A stretch of 64,000 nucleotides of DNA from a virus. The position numbers and the translations under genes are program-made. The DNA lies in IMG/VR virus record IMGVR_UViG_3300037524_000649. One strand, given 5' to 3'. Shown in pieces: positions 55,098 to 64,000 of this stretch (its first letter is position 1; each line of letters opens with the position of its first letter). A model generated the notes under the pieces. It saw only the letters and a list, made by a program, of their open reading frames with translations, did not search any database and was not told the origin of the DNA.

Positions 55098-55755
55098 ATT
55101 TGGATGGCTTCGGGAAGAAGTGAGTAGCAGTCGTGAGCTTGAGCGCGCGGTCAGTCAGTCGCTGCGCGAAGTGTGCGGCGTCGTGCCTGGAGTACTGGGT
55201 GAGCTTGCCCTTCTTGCCTTCGTCGAGGTACCACATCTGCACGGCAGCGGTTACTAGCTGCGGGTAGCGATGAAAGGCGCCTACGGCGTAGGTTTGTCCT
55301 TGTGCTGTGTGCGGGACTTCGTTACCCCAGCTCTTGCCAGTTTTGTGGTCGATGATGGTTAGCGTCGTCTCGTCGTTCCAAAGCTGAACGTCCAGTTTCA
55401 TTCGGCACCACACGTCGTCGGCTGACCAGTCGACGGTGTTCCACAGGATGTCGAAGCCCCACTCTTCTTCAATCTTGACGTGGCCTGCGGCGAACTCGTC
55501 GCGTAGCTCGATGAAGTCGTGCTCTAGCTTCACCAAGGAAACGGGCAATTCGTCTAGTTCACCGCGTACATAGCGTTCAGCTTCGAGGTGACTGCGAGAG
55601 CCGCGTTCGAGCGGATGGTTTTCGTCGCGCTCAGGGCCTGGTTCTCTGGCTACTTTTGCCAAGTAGATCGAGTAAGGGCACTTCTCGAACTGCTTCAGGC
55701 TTGAGTACGACCACGCTGTGACGGGTGGAGATTCTAGGAGTTCATCGTCATTCAT
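55030..55755 (-). CDS. PD-(D/E)XK exonuclease (RecB/Cas4-like)
   Basis: WSYSSLKQFEKCP, MKLD, IIDHKTG and C-terminal CQYCDY. Confidence 0.85.
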   Translation of the reverse strand: MNDDELLESPPVTAWSYSSLKQFEKCPYSIYLAKVAREPGPERDENHPLERGSRSHLEAERYVRGELDELPVSLVKLEHDFIELRDEFAAGHVKIEEEWGFDILWNTVDWSADDVWCRMKLDVQLWNDETTLTIIDHKTGKSWGNEVPHTAQGQTYAVGAFHRYPQLVTAAVQMWYLDEGKKGKLTQYSRHDAAHFAQRLTDRALKLTTATHFFPKPSKYACQYCDYGNSKGTGACGFAAA

Positions 55756-55951
55756 CGGCGTCGGGGAACACCTCGTCTTTGGGGGCCCAGAGCCAGGCGT
55801 GTACCCAGAAGCCGGTGTCTGATTCGTGGACTTCTGGGACGTCGTCTAGTTCGATGTCATCGTTGCTTGGCTGTGCGTAACGGCGGTTGATGTATCGGAT
55901 GATGGGGCCGTATCGTGGGTCGTTGTTTGGGATGTTGTAGGGATCATCCAT
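55748..55951 (-). CDS. acidic hypothetical protein
   Basis: ORF track, coupled. Confidence 0.6.
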   Translation of the reverse strand: MDDPYNIPNNDPRYGPIIRYINRRYAQPSNDDIELDDVPEVHESDTGFWVHAWLWAPKDEVFPDADE

Positions 55952-56138
55952 AGTGGTTGCAGATCTCCATGAGCCACTTGCCCTCTGCGATGATGTCGGG
56001 ATCGGTTTCTGCGAGCATCAGACCGCGCAGATAGCTGCGGCGTTGTTCGGGAACCCAGCGTTTCCAGGCGAGCTGTACCAGTTCGAGGATGTTCGGCTTG
56101 GCTTCCAGGGCAGCGGTTACTTTGCTTCGGCGTTTCAT
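55944..56138 (-). CDS. hypothetical protein (MKRRSKVTAAL...)
   Basis: ATGA coupling. Confidence 0.55.
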   Translation of the reverse strand: MKRRSKVTAALEAKPNILELVQLAWKRWVPEQRRSYLRGLMLAETDPDIIAEGKWLMEICNHYG

Positions 56139-56836
56139 GCGACGTTCTCTTGAAAGCGCTGTTGCTTCCATTGGGCCCCGTGGACATTGGCGGTGACGTG
56201 TTTCCCCGCGGTGGCTGTGCCTGTGCAGAGGCGGCAGTTGTTGCACTGAACTCCGTGCGTTTGGTTGGGGCACTGAACTTCGTTCGGGAGAATTGGGGCG
56301 TTGCTGTGTTTGACGCGGAAAGTTCGCCATCCAGCTTCCTGTGCTTCAGCGGCTTCGGCCTCTGTGTCTACAGAGGCCATGCAATAGGCCCGCAAGTCTT
56401 GATCGCAAGTTCGCCAGAGATGGGTGTACCCCAAGTGAAAGTCGAACTTGTTCGTTATACGGTGCCAAAAGCCGGTTGGGGCTGCACCGGGATCTCCGTA
56501 GGCACCGAGGCGTAGTCCGCGGTGCGCAGCGATAAAGCGCAGCGGGCTGTCGATCCAGGCGTCGTTTACTTCTTGCTTGGCCGCGGTCCATGCGGCTTTG
56601 GGCCCTTGGAAAGTTAGGACGTAGCAGCTGCCGTTTCGGTGCGGGCAGGTTCCGCAGATGCTGTGGTCTTCCTTGCGGCGGACTGCTTCAGATGGGTCGA
56701 GGTCTTTGCGAAGGATGTACGCCTGTACCATCGGGCCGGTTTTCTTGTTGGTCGACAGGGTGTCTACCCCTGTTAGCGAAACGACAATGGGCGCGCCGTC
56801 GATTAACGACGGCCCGCTATAGGCGAGCATCGGCAT
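56135..56836 (-). CDS. Cys-rich, radical-SAM-like phage protein of unknown function (DUF7227/Gp88-like)
   Basis: CGTCPH...CY, LRLGAYGD, GYTH, ASVD and C-terminal CP....CNNCRLC. Confidence 0.7.
   Translation of the reverse strand: MPMLAYSGPSLIDGAPIVVSLTGVDTLSTNKKTGPMVQAYILRKDLDPSEAVRRKEDHSICGTCPHRNGSCYVLTFQGPKAAWTAAKQEVNDAWIDSPLRFIAAHRGLRLGAYGDPGAAPTGFWHRITNKFDFHLGYTHLWRTCDQDLRAYCMASVDTEAEAAEAQEAGWRTFRVKHSNAPILPNEVQCPNQTHGVQCNNCRLCTGTATAGKHVTANVHGAQWKQQRFQENVA
56459..56485 (-). promoter_or_regulatory. possible internal GCAGCCCC-box promoter (box-N13-CACCGT)
   Basis: Sense orientation inside a CDS. Could be chance. Confidence 0.35.
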
Positions 56837-56969
56837 GGTGGGCTCCTGGGAAGTGGCCCCGTGACGTGGGGCAAGGCGGCCGAATCACTAAACGAGAGCT
56901 GACCGTGGAGGCGCTTTAGCTTCGGCTGCGGGTGTTACTAGCGCCACCGCCCGCTGGGCGCTTGCGGTA

Positions 56970-57176
56970 TCAGTGCAGGGGGAAGCTGTTTAGCTTTTGC
57001 TGCGCGGCGACGCGTTCAGCGAGGGAGAGGTTCAGGTTCAGTAGCTTCGATGCGTGGCTGAAGGCTAGTTCGGGGATGCCTGGCGAGGAGGGATCTACTG
57101 CTGTGTTGCTGAGTATGGTGATCATGATGTCGGCGGACAGGTTCATCAGCAGTTCGAGATTTGCTTCAGCTGGCAT
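56970..57176 (-). CDS. hypothetical protein
   Basis: ORF track. Confidence 0.5.
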   Translation of the reverse strand: MPAEANLELLMNLSADIMITILSNTAVDPSSPGIPELAFSHASKLLNLNLSLAERVAAQQKLNSFPLH

Positions 57177-59478
57177 AGGCGAGGCTCACTATGTTGGTTT
57201 GGTCGAACAGGTCGTTTACGGCTTCGGGGTGTTCTGTTCGCCAAGTGATCAGGAACCCGCGTTCGATTTTGCCGTTTACCCGGTGGGGCTGTATGTCGAG
57301 CTTGTGTCGCTTGCACATCGAGGTGAACTTGTTCGGTGATATGCGAGTGTTCTGCAGATAGCTGTAGACTGCAGCGGCTTCGTCACGGCTCACGGCGAGC
57401 TGCCGATTGATGGCCGCACTCCATCGGCGTATGGCGCGCTCGTAGTCGAGGTATGCGTTGTCAGGTGTGATGGGTGGCTTGTCGCGGAGGAACTGGATGA
57501 AGAAGTCCAGGTCTCCGTCAGCAAGGCTGCGGAAGAAGCGATCGACGCTGTTCTCCGCGGCGGCGATCATCAGGCTTCGCGCTTCGTTGAGGAGGATGCG
57601 TTGTGCCTTGTGCTCGTCGACGGTGTAGTCGCGCAGGAAAGCCGCGAAGGAATTTAATTCCTGCGCGATCATGTCCAGATCGCTTTGCTCGATGTCGATC
57701 GGGGTCTGTTGTGCCGGAGCGACGTTGAAGCGCCGGTCCCTGTCGTCCAGGGGATATGGATCCGCGTGGTTGGTGGCGATGATGAGGTTGTTGTACAGGG
57801 TGCGCTGCACCGGGTTGCGGCGCATAGCACGGATCATCACCGTGTCTTCTGTGATGAGGTTTTTGATTTTGTTCAGCAGGCGGCTCTCGCCTCGCGAGTC
57901 GTCGAGGTGGAACTCATCGATCCACTGGATGAGGCACTCTTCGAGGTTGCCGTTGAACGTGTCGTCCATGCTGGTGGTGGTGTACTCCTGCACATACCTC
58001 GGCCCCAGTAAGGGCGCGAGGATGTGCGTGAGTAGAATGCCTTTGCCGGTTCCGTTGGTGCCGTGAAAGATCCAGGCGGTCTTGGTCTTGCGCCGGGTCT
58101 GGAAGATGAAGGCCAGCCAGTTGAGGAAGTAGTTAGTGGTCTCGGTGTCGTCGCCGCAGACGGAGCGTAGGACGCGGCGGATCGTCTTTGGAACCGTAGT
58201 ACTCGGTGTCTCGTTGTCGCGTAGGTATGACGTGGCGACGAAGCGGTTGGCCCACTTGGCGTCTATGTCGACTACGCGCAGGTTGGTTGGGTCGAAGCTG
58301 TAGGTCCAATCCGGGATCGGATCGGGCATGAGCGCGTTGTAATTGGCTGCGAAGTCGCGCAGCTTCTCTTTCGAGGACGTAGGACTCAGTACCAAGCTCT
58401 GCGTCGACTCGGTGTAGAGGCCGTTGTAATAGGTGTCCGTCATCCAGTCGCGGAAGATGACTGGGATCGTGTTCTCGGCACTCTGCTCCGGGCTTAGCTG
58501 TTTGTAGAAGTCCGGTGCGATGTCGATCAGGCGAACGATCGGCTCGCCTTTGAAGTTGTAGAGAAGCTCGGGCTTGTCGTCTGGGAAGAAGTAGGCCCAG
58601 GAGTCGCCGCCGTTCAGGTTGAGGTACGTGTAGCCGCGCGCTTGGCGGACGCCAGTCACTGTTGCGCGGTCTGGGTTGAGGAGGATCTCCTCCCCATTGA
58701 GGATCCGGTATTTGCTCTTGCGTTTCTTGAGCCCCATCGTCTTGCGTAAGTCCTCGACCAGGGCATCGGTCTGGTCGCGGATGATCTGGGGCGAGGTGGC
58801 GAAGTTGATGGTCGCTAGCTCGTTGCTCTTAGCACGCAGTACGAAGCGCTCGGGGATCGGGTCTTCGAGACCGAGAAGGTAGGGCGGCGCGATGTAGATC
58901 AGCTTGTCGTTCTGGCACGTCGTGACGTCGAGCGGCCAGCGGAGGGCGTGTCCGCTCGCAGTCAGGGTCAGCTGATCGCGCAGGGCGGGGATGGTCAGGT
59001 TGCAGTGCATCAGCCACGACTTGATGATCGGTGCCGGGACGGCGTCTGCCAGGCGGATGAAGATGTGCCCGCGCAGGCCGGGGGCGCCCTTGACGCCGGC
59101 ACTCGTGGAGTGCTGGAAGATGTAGCTGGTGTCTGCCAGTGAGGGGTGGAGCTGGGTCAGGAAGTCGTCGATGCTAGCGAAGCCGCTGGCAAAGTCGAGG
59201 TCCAGGACGAGGTAGTCGGTGACTCCGGTGGCGATGGTCTGGCTAGCTCGGCTCTCGTTCACGATGGGGCGGGCGAGGGTGCCCTTGAGCAGGCAGGCGC
59301 CTGCTTCGGCCTGGGCACGCAGCACGTCGTACGCAGTACTCAGGTCTGGGCAGTCCACCTGGGTGCTGGTGAACTTGGAGACCATTGGGTAGGAGCTGAT
59401 TTCGAGCTGTTTCGAGTCTGGATCTTGGACGATCGTCTTGGTTAGCCGGACGTCCGCGGCCAAGAAAGTCAGGAGCAT
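57166..59478 (-). CDS. primase-polymerase / SF3 (D5-like) helicase fusion
   Basis: N-terminal LDLD and H.F motifs of AEP type, Walker A HGTNGTGKG, Walker B WIDE, IATN and DRRF. Alternative start 59511. Confidence 0.88.
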   Translation of the reverse strand: MLLTFLAADVRLTKTIVQDPDSKQLEISSYPMVSKFTSTQVDCPDLSTAYDVLRAQAEAGACLLKGTLARPIVNESRASQTIATGVTDYLVLDLDFASGFASIDDFLTQLHPSLADTSYIFQHSTSAGVKGAPGLRGHIFIRLADAVPAPIIKSWLMHCNLTIPALRDQLTLTASGHALRWPLDVTTCQNDKLIYIAPPYLLGLEDPIPERFVLRAKSNELATINFATSPQIIRDQTDALVEDLRKTMGLKKRKSKYRILNGEEILLNPDRATVTGVRQARGYTYLNLNGGDSWAYFFPDDKPELLYNFKGEPIVRLIDIAPDFYKQLSPEQSAENTIPVIFRDWMTDTYYNGLYTESTQSLVLSPTSSKEKLRDFAANYNALMPDPIPDWTYSFDPTNLRVVDIDAKWANRFVATSYLRDNETPSTTVPKTIRRVLRSVCGDDTETTNYFLNWLAFIFQTRRKTKTAWIFHGTNGTGKGILLTHILAPLLGPRYVQEYTTTSMDDTFNGNLEECLIQWIDEFHLDDSRGESRLLNKIKNLITEDTVMIRAMRRNPVQRTLYNNLIIATNHADPYPLDDRDRRFNVAPAQQTPIDIEQSDLDMIAQELNSFAAFLRDYTVDEHKAQRILLNEARSLMIAAAENSVDRFFRSLADGDLDFFIQFLRDKPPITPDNAYLDYERAIRRWSAAINRQLAVSRDEAAAVYSYLQNTRISPNKFTSMCKRHKLDIQPHRVNGKIERGFLITWRTEHPEAVNDLFDQTNIVSLAYAS

Positions 59479-59527
59479 GGAAGGTCCTTCTCGAACGACG
59501 GGGTCGCGCAAGCTAGCGTGGGATTCG

Positions 59528-59555
59528 ATCCTATGCCTGGCGGTTCTGGGGCTGC
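59528..59555 (-). promoter_or_regulatory. GCAGCCCC-box promoter (box-N14-TAGGAT) for primase-helicase
   Basis: Intergenic. The 17-mer CCCTCGCAGCCCCAGAA is identical to the copy at 63944..63960. Confidence 0.7.
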
Positions 59556-59677
59556 GAGGGGAAAGCGCCCCGGGGATTGCCCCCGGGGCGAGAATGCGGC
59601 CTTGTGGTTGCTATTGGTGGCCGCGGGAAGTCGTACTAATCAACTTAGTTCGACCATCGTTTCTCCTCCTTCTTGTG

Positions 59678-60643
59678 TTAGTGCATGTACACGCCGCAGT
59701 CGTGGCCGAGCAGGCGGAGTGCGTCGCGGTCGTTGAGGGCGCTTTCCAGGGTGTAGTACCGGGTACTCAGATATGCTAGCGGGGCCCATCTTTTGTCGTC
59801 GTGGTCCCAGAACTGATTTCCGTTGGAGTGTTCAATTGTCCAGTATGTGGGGTTTCCTTCCTCCTCCTTCTCCTCTTCTTCCTCCTCTTCCTCGACATTG
59901 TCGTAGCTGTAGATGGGGGTGTTCCACGCCGGCTTGACGAGCGCTCTGTCGAGTTCCGCGACCACACGCATCTTGGCGCAACGGAGCTTTGTGTCGTTGT
60001 AGTCGGCGGGGATCGCGACGACATCGGCCGGGTCGATCTCGACGACGATGAGTCGGTCGCCGTTGAAGTGGGCCAGGTACTCCAGGGAACACGCGTGGAG
60101 GCCGAAGCTGCAGGTAATGCTTCGGTCGCTGTCGACCTTGCGGCGGGGCATCTCGACGATCTTCCCCATGCTGTAGTCGACGGTTCCGCTGTGGACGTCG
60201 GTGTAGTTGTCGCGCACGAGCTTGTAAGCGAGGAAGCGTCCTTCCGGGGTTATCGGGAGGTTGCCGCGGTCGAGGAACGAGAGGAGGTGCTCGACGACCT
60301 GGCTGTCGGGGTTGTCGTAAAGCCGCGTGATGAAGTTGGTCAGTGCGTTGGTCGGGAGGTTGTGCTCCATCAACGAGAACAGGCGCTTGGCGAAGAAGTC
60401 GGGGAGCTTCTCGCCGTGGTAGAAGATCTCGTCGTTCTCGATCGTGAATCGGCGGTCCTCGGTGAGGTACTTGCTCAGCGGTTTGACGGGCGTAGCGAGG
60501 GTGACGAAGTCATCCCACCGTCCGTTGCGAATGTAGTCCAGCGCCTTGCTCCACTGAGGGTGGGAGCTGACGATGGTGTGCGGGGCGTTGTCGTAGAAGA
60601 GGACGATCGAGTTGTCGGAGATGAGGTAGGAGGGAGTGGTCAT
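59678..60643 (-). CDS. rIIB: rIIB-like protein
   Basis: LPITPEGRFLAYK, TDVHSGT, CSFGLH and IDPADVVAIPADYN..KLRC. Confidence 0.92.
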   Translation of the reverse strand: MTTPSYLISDNSIVLFYDNAPHTIVSSHPQWSKALDYIRNGRWDDFVTLATPVKPLSKYLTEDRRFTIENDEIFYHGEKLPDFFAKRLFSLMEHNLPTNALTNFITRLYDNPDSQVVEHLLSFLDRGNLPITPEGRFLAYKLVRDNYTDVHSGTVDYSMGKIVEMPRRKVDSDRSITCSFGLHACSLEYLAHFNGDRLIVVEIDPADVVAIPADYNDTKLRCAKMRVVAELDRALVKPAWNTPIYSYDNVEEEEEEEEKEEEGNPTYWTIEHSNGNQFWDHDDKRWAPLAYLSTRYYTLESALNDRDALRLLGHDCGVYMH

Positions 60644-62817
60644 GAGAACGGATCCTGCTGGGTATCCAGCTGTTTGAGATACTGCATGAAGGCGAAGGTC
60701 GAGAACACAGTGGGGAAGTCGTACTGGTATCTCGGTCGGGTAATGTAGATGTCGAGATCTGCTTCGATCAGCGGGTAGTGCAACAAGGTGTCGGGAATCT
60801 GCTCCAGGACGCTGTCGAAGTAGGGGTCGTGCTCGATGGGCTCGACAGCAAGTACGGCAGCTTCGTTGAATAACGAGTAGTATTTCCACAGCTCTCTTGC
60901 GTGCGCTTCGGCCTCTCGTACAGCAGCACACAAGTCGCGTAGGGCCAGTGGCTGCTTGTAGTAGTAGTTGGTCGCTTCAAGTTCTGTTGCATACATGAGC
61001 ATGTAGCGCACGTTAATGGACTGTAGGAACGCTTGCGCGGCCTTTGCTCGCGCGGGGTTGAGGTAGGTGTCGGTGAGAGCAATAAAGCGCTCGCGCAAGA
61101 CGTCGTCTCGTGACGGGCACTGAATGTCCGCGAGAGTCTTCTTGTGGTGCTCGGGGATCACGACGACTCGCATGTTGTTGAGCAGAAGCGGGTCTGCTAG
61201 CTGCTCTATGAGGTAGTTCACGTGTTTCGAAGAGTTCTTGTACTTCACGATGTAGCACGTATTTGCCAGCGGCTGATTCAGCGGGATCTGTTCGAGGTCT
61301 ACGCAAAGCTGGCCGTCGGTGTGCAGGGTATACACGTCTAACGGGGCGAAGCGGGTGGTCTTGCGTGGACCAGCGGAACCCGACGAGTTCTTAGCAGTCT
61401 GCTGCGGAGCTGGCGGGGCTGCGAGCGACGAGAACGGAATGATGGTTGCTCGGTCGTCAAACAGCAGGCGGATGTTGACCAGCTGTGCCGGGGTCACGTC
61501 CTTCACGACGATCGCAGCGTCTGCGTTGCCGAGGATCGCGTTTCGGTTGTGCTTCAGTGTGGCTATGAAACGGGTGTTCGGTATCGACTTGTCGACGTGG
61601 ATGATGGTCGGGGCCTTGAAGTTGTTCAGCCCAGGCGACCATTCGTAGTCTCTGGTGAAGGTTAGCTTTGCAGCGCGACCGCGGCCGTTATAGAAGGAAC
61701 TGGTCAGGTCAGCCGTAAGCCCATACTGCCAGGCGATTGCGTGGTACAGCGGCTTCCCGCGCCAAGTGAGGTCTTCGCTTGGTTCCCGCGAGGCGATGAA
61801 TGCGAAGGAAGAGACGCGGTTTAGCGCTCTGCGGGTCAGGTACGCGTCGAACATGCACTCGCACCGATCGAGTTGGTCTTGCACGTCGTCGCGAATGCGG
61901 TCGGCGGTAGTTATGAGCAGCTCGACGATCTTTGCAATCGACTGCTTGTCGTAGCTCAGGCTCTCCCGACTCGGTGTGATGTCTACGCTACCGATTGGTG
62001 CGAAGAGGCACAGGCCGGAGGTAGCGAACAAGCTCCTGACTTTGCGGAGCGCCTCATCATCCTGCTGCCGCACCAGGGCTTCTTCTATGAGCGCCAGGTT
62101 CAGTGGGTACGCGATGGGGCCCATCAGGACGTGCACAGCGCGGTAGCCGCCATTTGCACGGATTCCGTAGTAGTCGGTTTTGGTGAGCCAGGTCAGCGCG
62201 CTGATTGGGGTGTTGATGATCGGCCGGGGCTCGAACCAGTAATAGGTCGTGGTGGCGGCGTTGATGAACGTCGATCTGTCGTTCGCGTGCACCGCCATGG
62301 AGATCTCAACGCCGGTCTCGTTGCCGCAGGGTTCGCAAGTGACCGGGCCGTTGATGGCCGGCGTACCCTGCGGGTCGAGGAAGGCGATGTAGGTCTTCTT
62401 CTCGCCGGCGTACCAGGAGGTGACCTGGAACGTGTCGGCATATGCGAGTGGCGTCTTGCTCCCCAGGCCCAGGCCGCCAATGTCGTCGTTGTTGTCGTTC
62501 TTCGAGGAGTCACCGTAGCTGTTGTAGCGAGCCATGATGAACTCTTCGCTCATTCCCGTGCCGTAGTCACGAATGCGCAGCGATGAGTCGAGCGACGTTG
62601 GGAGGTGTACGTGAAATGGTTGATCAGCCTTGCCCGCCGCGCGGTGAGAGTCCACGGCATTGGCGCCCAGCTCTCGGAGGATGGCGACGGGTTTGTTGGA
62701 GTACAGCTGGTTGGAGAAGATCTGGAAGAACTTTGCCGACGCAGTGAACGTGAAGCTGCTGGTCTTGCTGGTGTCGAGGTTGGTCGTGAGATTGTTGCTA
62801 CGGTGAACGAGCTGCAT
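60640..62817 (-). CDS. rIIA: rIIA-like protein (N-terminal GHKL ATPase)
   Basis: LYSNKPVAILRELGANAVDSH, IRDYGTG, GGLGLGSKTP and VDITPSRESLSY. Adjacent to rIIB. Confidence 0.92.
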   Translation of the reverse strand: MQLVHRSNNLTTNLDTSKTSSFTFTASAKFFQIFSNQLYSNKPVAILRELGANAVDSHRAAGKADQPFHVHLPTSLDSSLRIRDYGTGMSEEFIMARYNSYGDSSKNDNNDDIGGLGLGSKTPLAYADTFQVTSWYAGEKKTYIAFLDPQGTPAINGPVTCEPCGNETGVEISMAVHANDRSTFINAATTTYYWFEPRPIINTPISALTWLTKTDYYGIRANGGYRAVHVLMGPIAYPLNLALIEEALVRQQDDEALRKVRSLFATSGLCLFAPIGSVDITPSRESLSYDKQSIAKIVELLITTADRIRDDVQDQLDRCECMFDAYLTRRALNRVSSFAFIASREPSEDLTWRGKPLYHAIAWQYGLTADLTSSFYNGRGRAAKLTFTRDYEWSPGLNNFKAPTIIHVDKSIPNTRFIATLKHNRNAILGNADAAIVVKDVTPAQLVNIRLLFDDRATIIPFSSLAAPPAPQQTAKNSSGSAGPRKTTRFAPLDVYTLHTDGQLCVDLEQIPLNQPLANTCYIVKYKNSSKHVNYLIEQLADPLLLNNMRVVVIPEHHKKTLADIQCPSRDDVLRERFIALTDTYLNPARAKAAQAFLQSINVRYMLMYATELEATNYYYKQPLALRDLCAAVREAEAHARELWKYYSLFNEAAVLAVEPIEHDPYFDSVLEQIPDTLLHYPLIEADLDIYITRPRYQYDFPTVFSTFAFMQYLKQLDTQQDPFS
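61396..61422 (-). promoter_or_regulatory. possible internal GCAGCCCC-box promoter in rIIA (box-N13-CAGACT)
   Basis: TCGCAGCCCC context, in a low-complexity linker, upstream of rIIB. Confidence 0.45.
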
Positions 62818-62862
62818 TGGCTGCCTCCAGGCAATAGGGGAGCGCAGCGCTTAGGACTAAGC

Positions 62863-62890
62863 GCTCAGTGCTAGGTGCTAGGTGCTAGTA
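62863..62890. repeat. short heptamer array CTCAGTG-CTAGGTG-CTAGGTG-CTAGTAG
   Basis: Same unit family as 1812..1909. Confidence 0.6.
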
Positions 62891-62920
62891 GGAAGTAGAG
62901 ACTTTACGAATGACCTTCGG

Positions 62921-63130
62921 TCATTCAGGTTCGGTGGGGTAGTAGCCGTAGTCCTCGTCGGTGCCCCAGCCTGCGGAGGCGAGGACATCGGCGTCGGCTT
63001 CGGCGTCGGAGATGTACTGGTCAGGTTCGACAGGAGCGAACAGGAGGCGATCCAGCTCGGCGTGCAGATCCAGCTGGTCGTCGAAGGGCAAGCGGCGGAT
63101 TGCTTCGAGTATGGTGTCGTAGTCCATCAT
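62921..63130 (-). CDS. acidic hypothetical protein
   Basis: ORF track. Confidence 0.65.
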   Translation of the reverse strand: MMDYDTILEAIRRLPFDDQLDLHAELDRLLFAPVEPDQYISDAEADADVLASAGWGTDEDYGYYPTEPE

Positions 63131-63345
63131 ATGTCACACAGGGGTTTGGCGTGGAAGAACCAGGATGAGTCGATGGTGATGATCGGCTTGGTCTCGGCAA
63201 ACCCACCGTTGTCGGTAGAGATGGCCCAGCCGCTGGAGAAGTCGTTGTTTCGGCGCACGTCGGTGACGGTGCGGATCAAGTCACCCTGGATTGGATCCCA
63301 AGGGCTTGTTACGTGGTCGCCTACTTTGAAAGGTGCGTCGTCCAT
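63127..63345 (-). CDS. hypothetical protein (FKVGDHV, SH3/KOW-like start)
   Basis: ORF track, coupled. Confidence 0.6.
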   Translation of the reverse strand: MDDAPFKVGDHVTSPWDPIQGDLIRTVTDVRRNNDFSSGWAISTDNGGFAETKPIITIDSSWFFHAKPLCDI

Positions 63346-63557
63346 TACCAGAGGTCCGTCAGGTTGCGCTTGAGGAGGCGTGCTTCTTCGAACTGCTCGA
63401 TGCGCTTACGCACCGATGTGTGCTGCTTCAGGCCGTTGGGGTCTTCCTGCAGTATGTGCAGTTGATCGTCCGTGTCTCGGTAGACCAGCGTGATCTGGTT
63501 CTTCTTTAGGGCTGGTTGGCGGAACAGCCAGTTGTGGTATGTCGGGTTGTGAGCCAT
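63345..63557 (-). CDS. hypothetical protein
   Basis: ORF track, coupled. Confidence 0.65.
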   Translation of the reverse strand: MAHNPTYHNWLFRQPALKKNQITLVYRDTDDQLHILQEDPNGLKQHTSVRKRIEQFEEARLLKRNLTDLW

Positions 63558-63562
63558 GGTGG

Positions 63563-63781
63563 TTAGCCGGGATAGCGAGGGTCGGTCTTGTGCCTGGCCT
63601 GGGCCAACAGATCATTCAGCACGTCGTACGAGTACGAGTTGATCATGTGGCAGAAAACCTCTTCCACGGATTCGAGGAAAGCATCTGCTTCGTCCGGGCC
63701 GAGCTGAGGGCTGAGGTATCGGACGTCGTCGGAGTTCCAGGCGAGGGTGACTTTGTACGCAGTGCTCGGGGATGAAAGCAT
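63563..63781 (-). CDS. hypothetical protein
   Basis: GGAG RBS before the ATG at 63781. Confidence 0.55.
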   Translation of the reverse strand: MLSSPSTAYKVTLAWNSDDVRYLSPQLGPDEADAFLESVEEVFCHMINSYSYDVLNDLLAQARHKTDPRYPG

Positions 63782-63882
63782 GGCTCGCTCCAGTGAATGT
63801 GGTTGCACTCGGTGCAGATGGAGATGCGGGGGGACAGCTGTTTGTACTTGTGGATACCGAAGAGGCAGCGGATGGATTTCAT
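63643..63882 (-). CDS. small Cys/His protein (CLFGIHKY...CTEC)
   Basis: Zn-ribbon-like N-terminus. The long overlap with the next ORF lowers confidence. Confidence 0.4.
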   Translation of the reverse strand: MKSIRCLFGIHKYKQLSPRISICTECNHIHWSEPCFHPRALRTKSPSPGTPTTSDTSALSSARTKQMLSSNPWKRFSAT

Positions 63883-63927
63883 CGGATGAGGTCTCGGTTC
63901 TGGCAGCCGGGTGCGACGTCGGATTGA

Positions 63928-63955
63928 AGTATCCGACGGTGGCTTCTGGGGCTGC
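63928..63955 (-). promoter_or_regulatory. GCAGCCCC-box promoter (box-N14-GATACT)
   Basis: Intergenic. The -10 hexamer lies inside the GTCGGAT...ATCCGAC inverted repeat. Confidence 0.65.
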
Positions 63956-64000
63956 GAGGGTCTTTACGTGGTAGAGGCGGCGCGAAGTTTGCGGACGCGT

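Noticed and set aside
55030-55755. Cas4 / CRISPR adaptation gene
   Set aside because: Ordinary phage PD-(D/E)XK exonuclease in a replication module. No array or other cas genes.

Overview
A near-complete, about 64% GC tailed-phage genome, probably podovirus-like and circularly permuted, with no host genes, rRNA, intact tRNA or CRISPR array seen. The + strand arm (8.3-48.1 kb) encodes terminase (TerL with a class 3 LAGLIDADG intein), dUTPase, a P22-like portal, scaffold, an N4-gp56-type capsid, tail and fibre genes, ejection proteins (SLT, SNase-like and zincin domains) and a holin. The - strand arm (48.2-64 kb, continuing in 1-8.1 kb) encodes rIIA/rIIB, primase-helicase, SF2 helicase, nucleases, a putative SSB, nucleotide-metabolism genes, an endolysin, a family A DNA polymerase and many small ORFs. 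Most notable is a genome-wide promoter-like motif, GCAGCCCC-N13/14-nAnnnT, in sense orientation on both arms. In three cases the predicted +1 falls exactly on an ATG. No RNA polymerase or sigma gene was found, but a degenerate GST/SspA-like gene sits next to a stand-alone AP2-domain gene, suggesting a phage activator system that redirects host RNA polymerase (inference). Also notable: an integrase truncated after about 35 codons and fused to a tRNA-Cys-derived attP fragment, a Gln1 class 3 intein, an SNase domain in a probable ejection protein, and a 55-aa NrdD glycyl-radical-loop mini-protein. All family assignments come from motif recognition by eye, not database searches.
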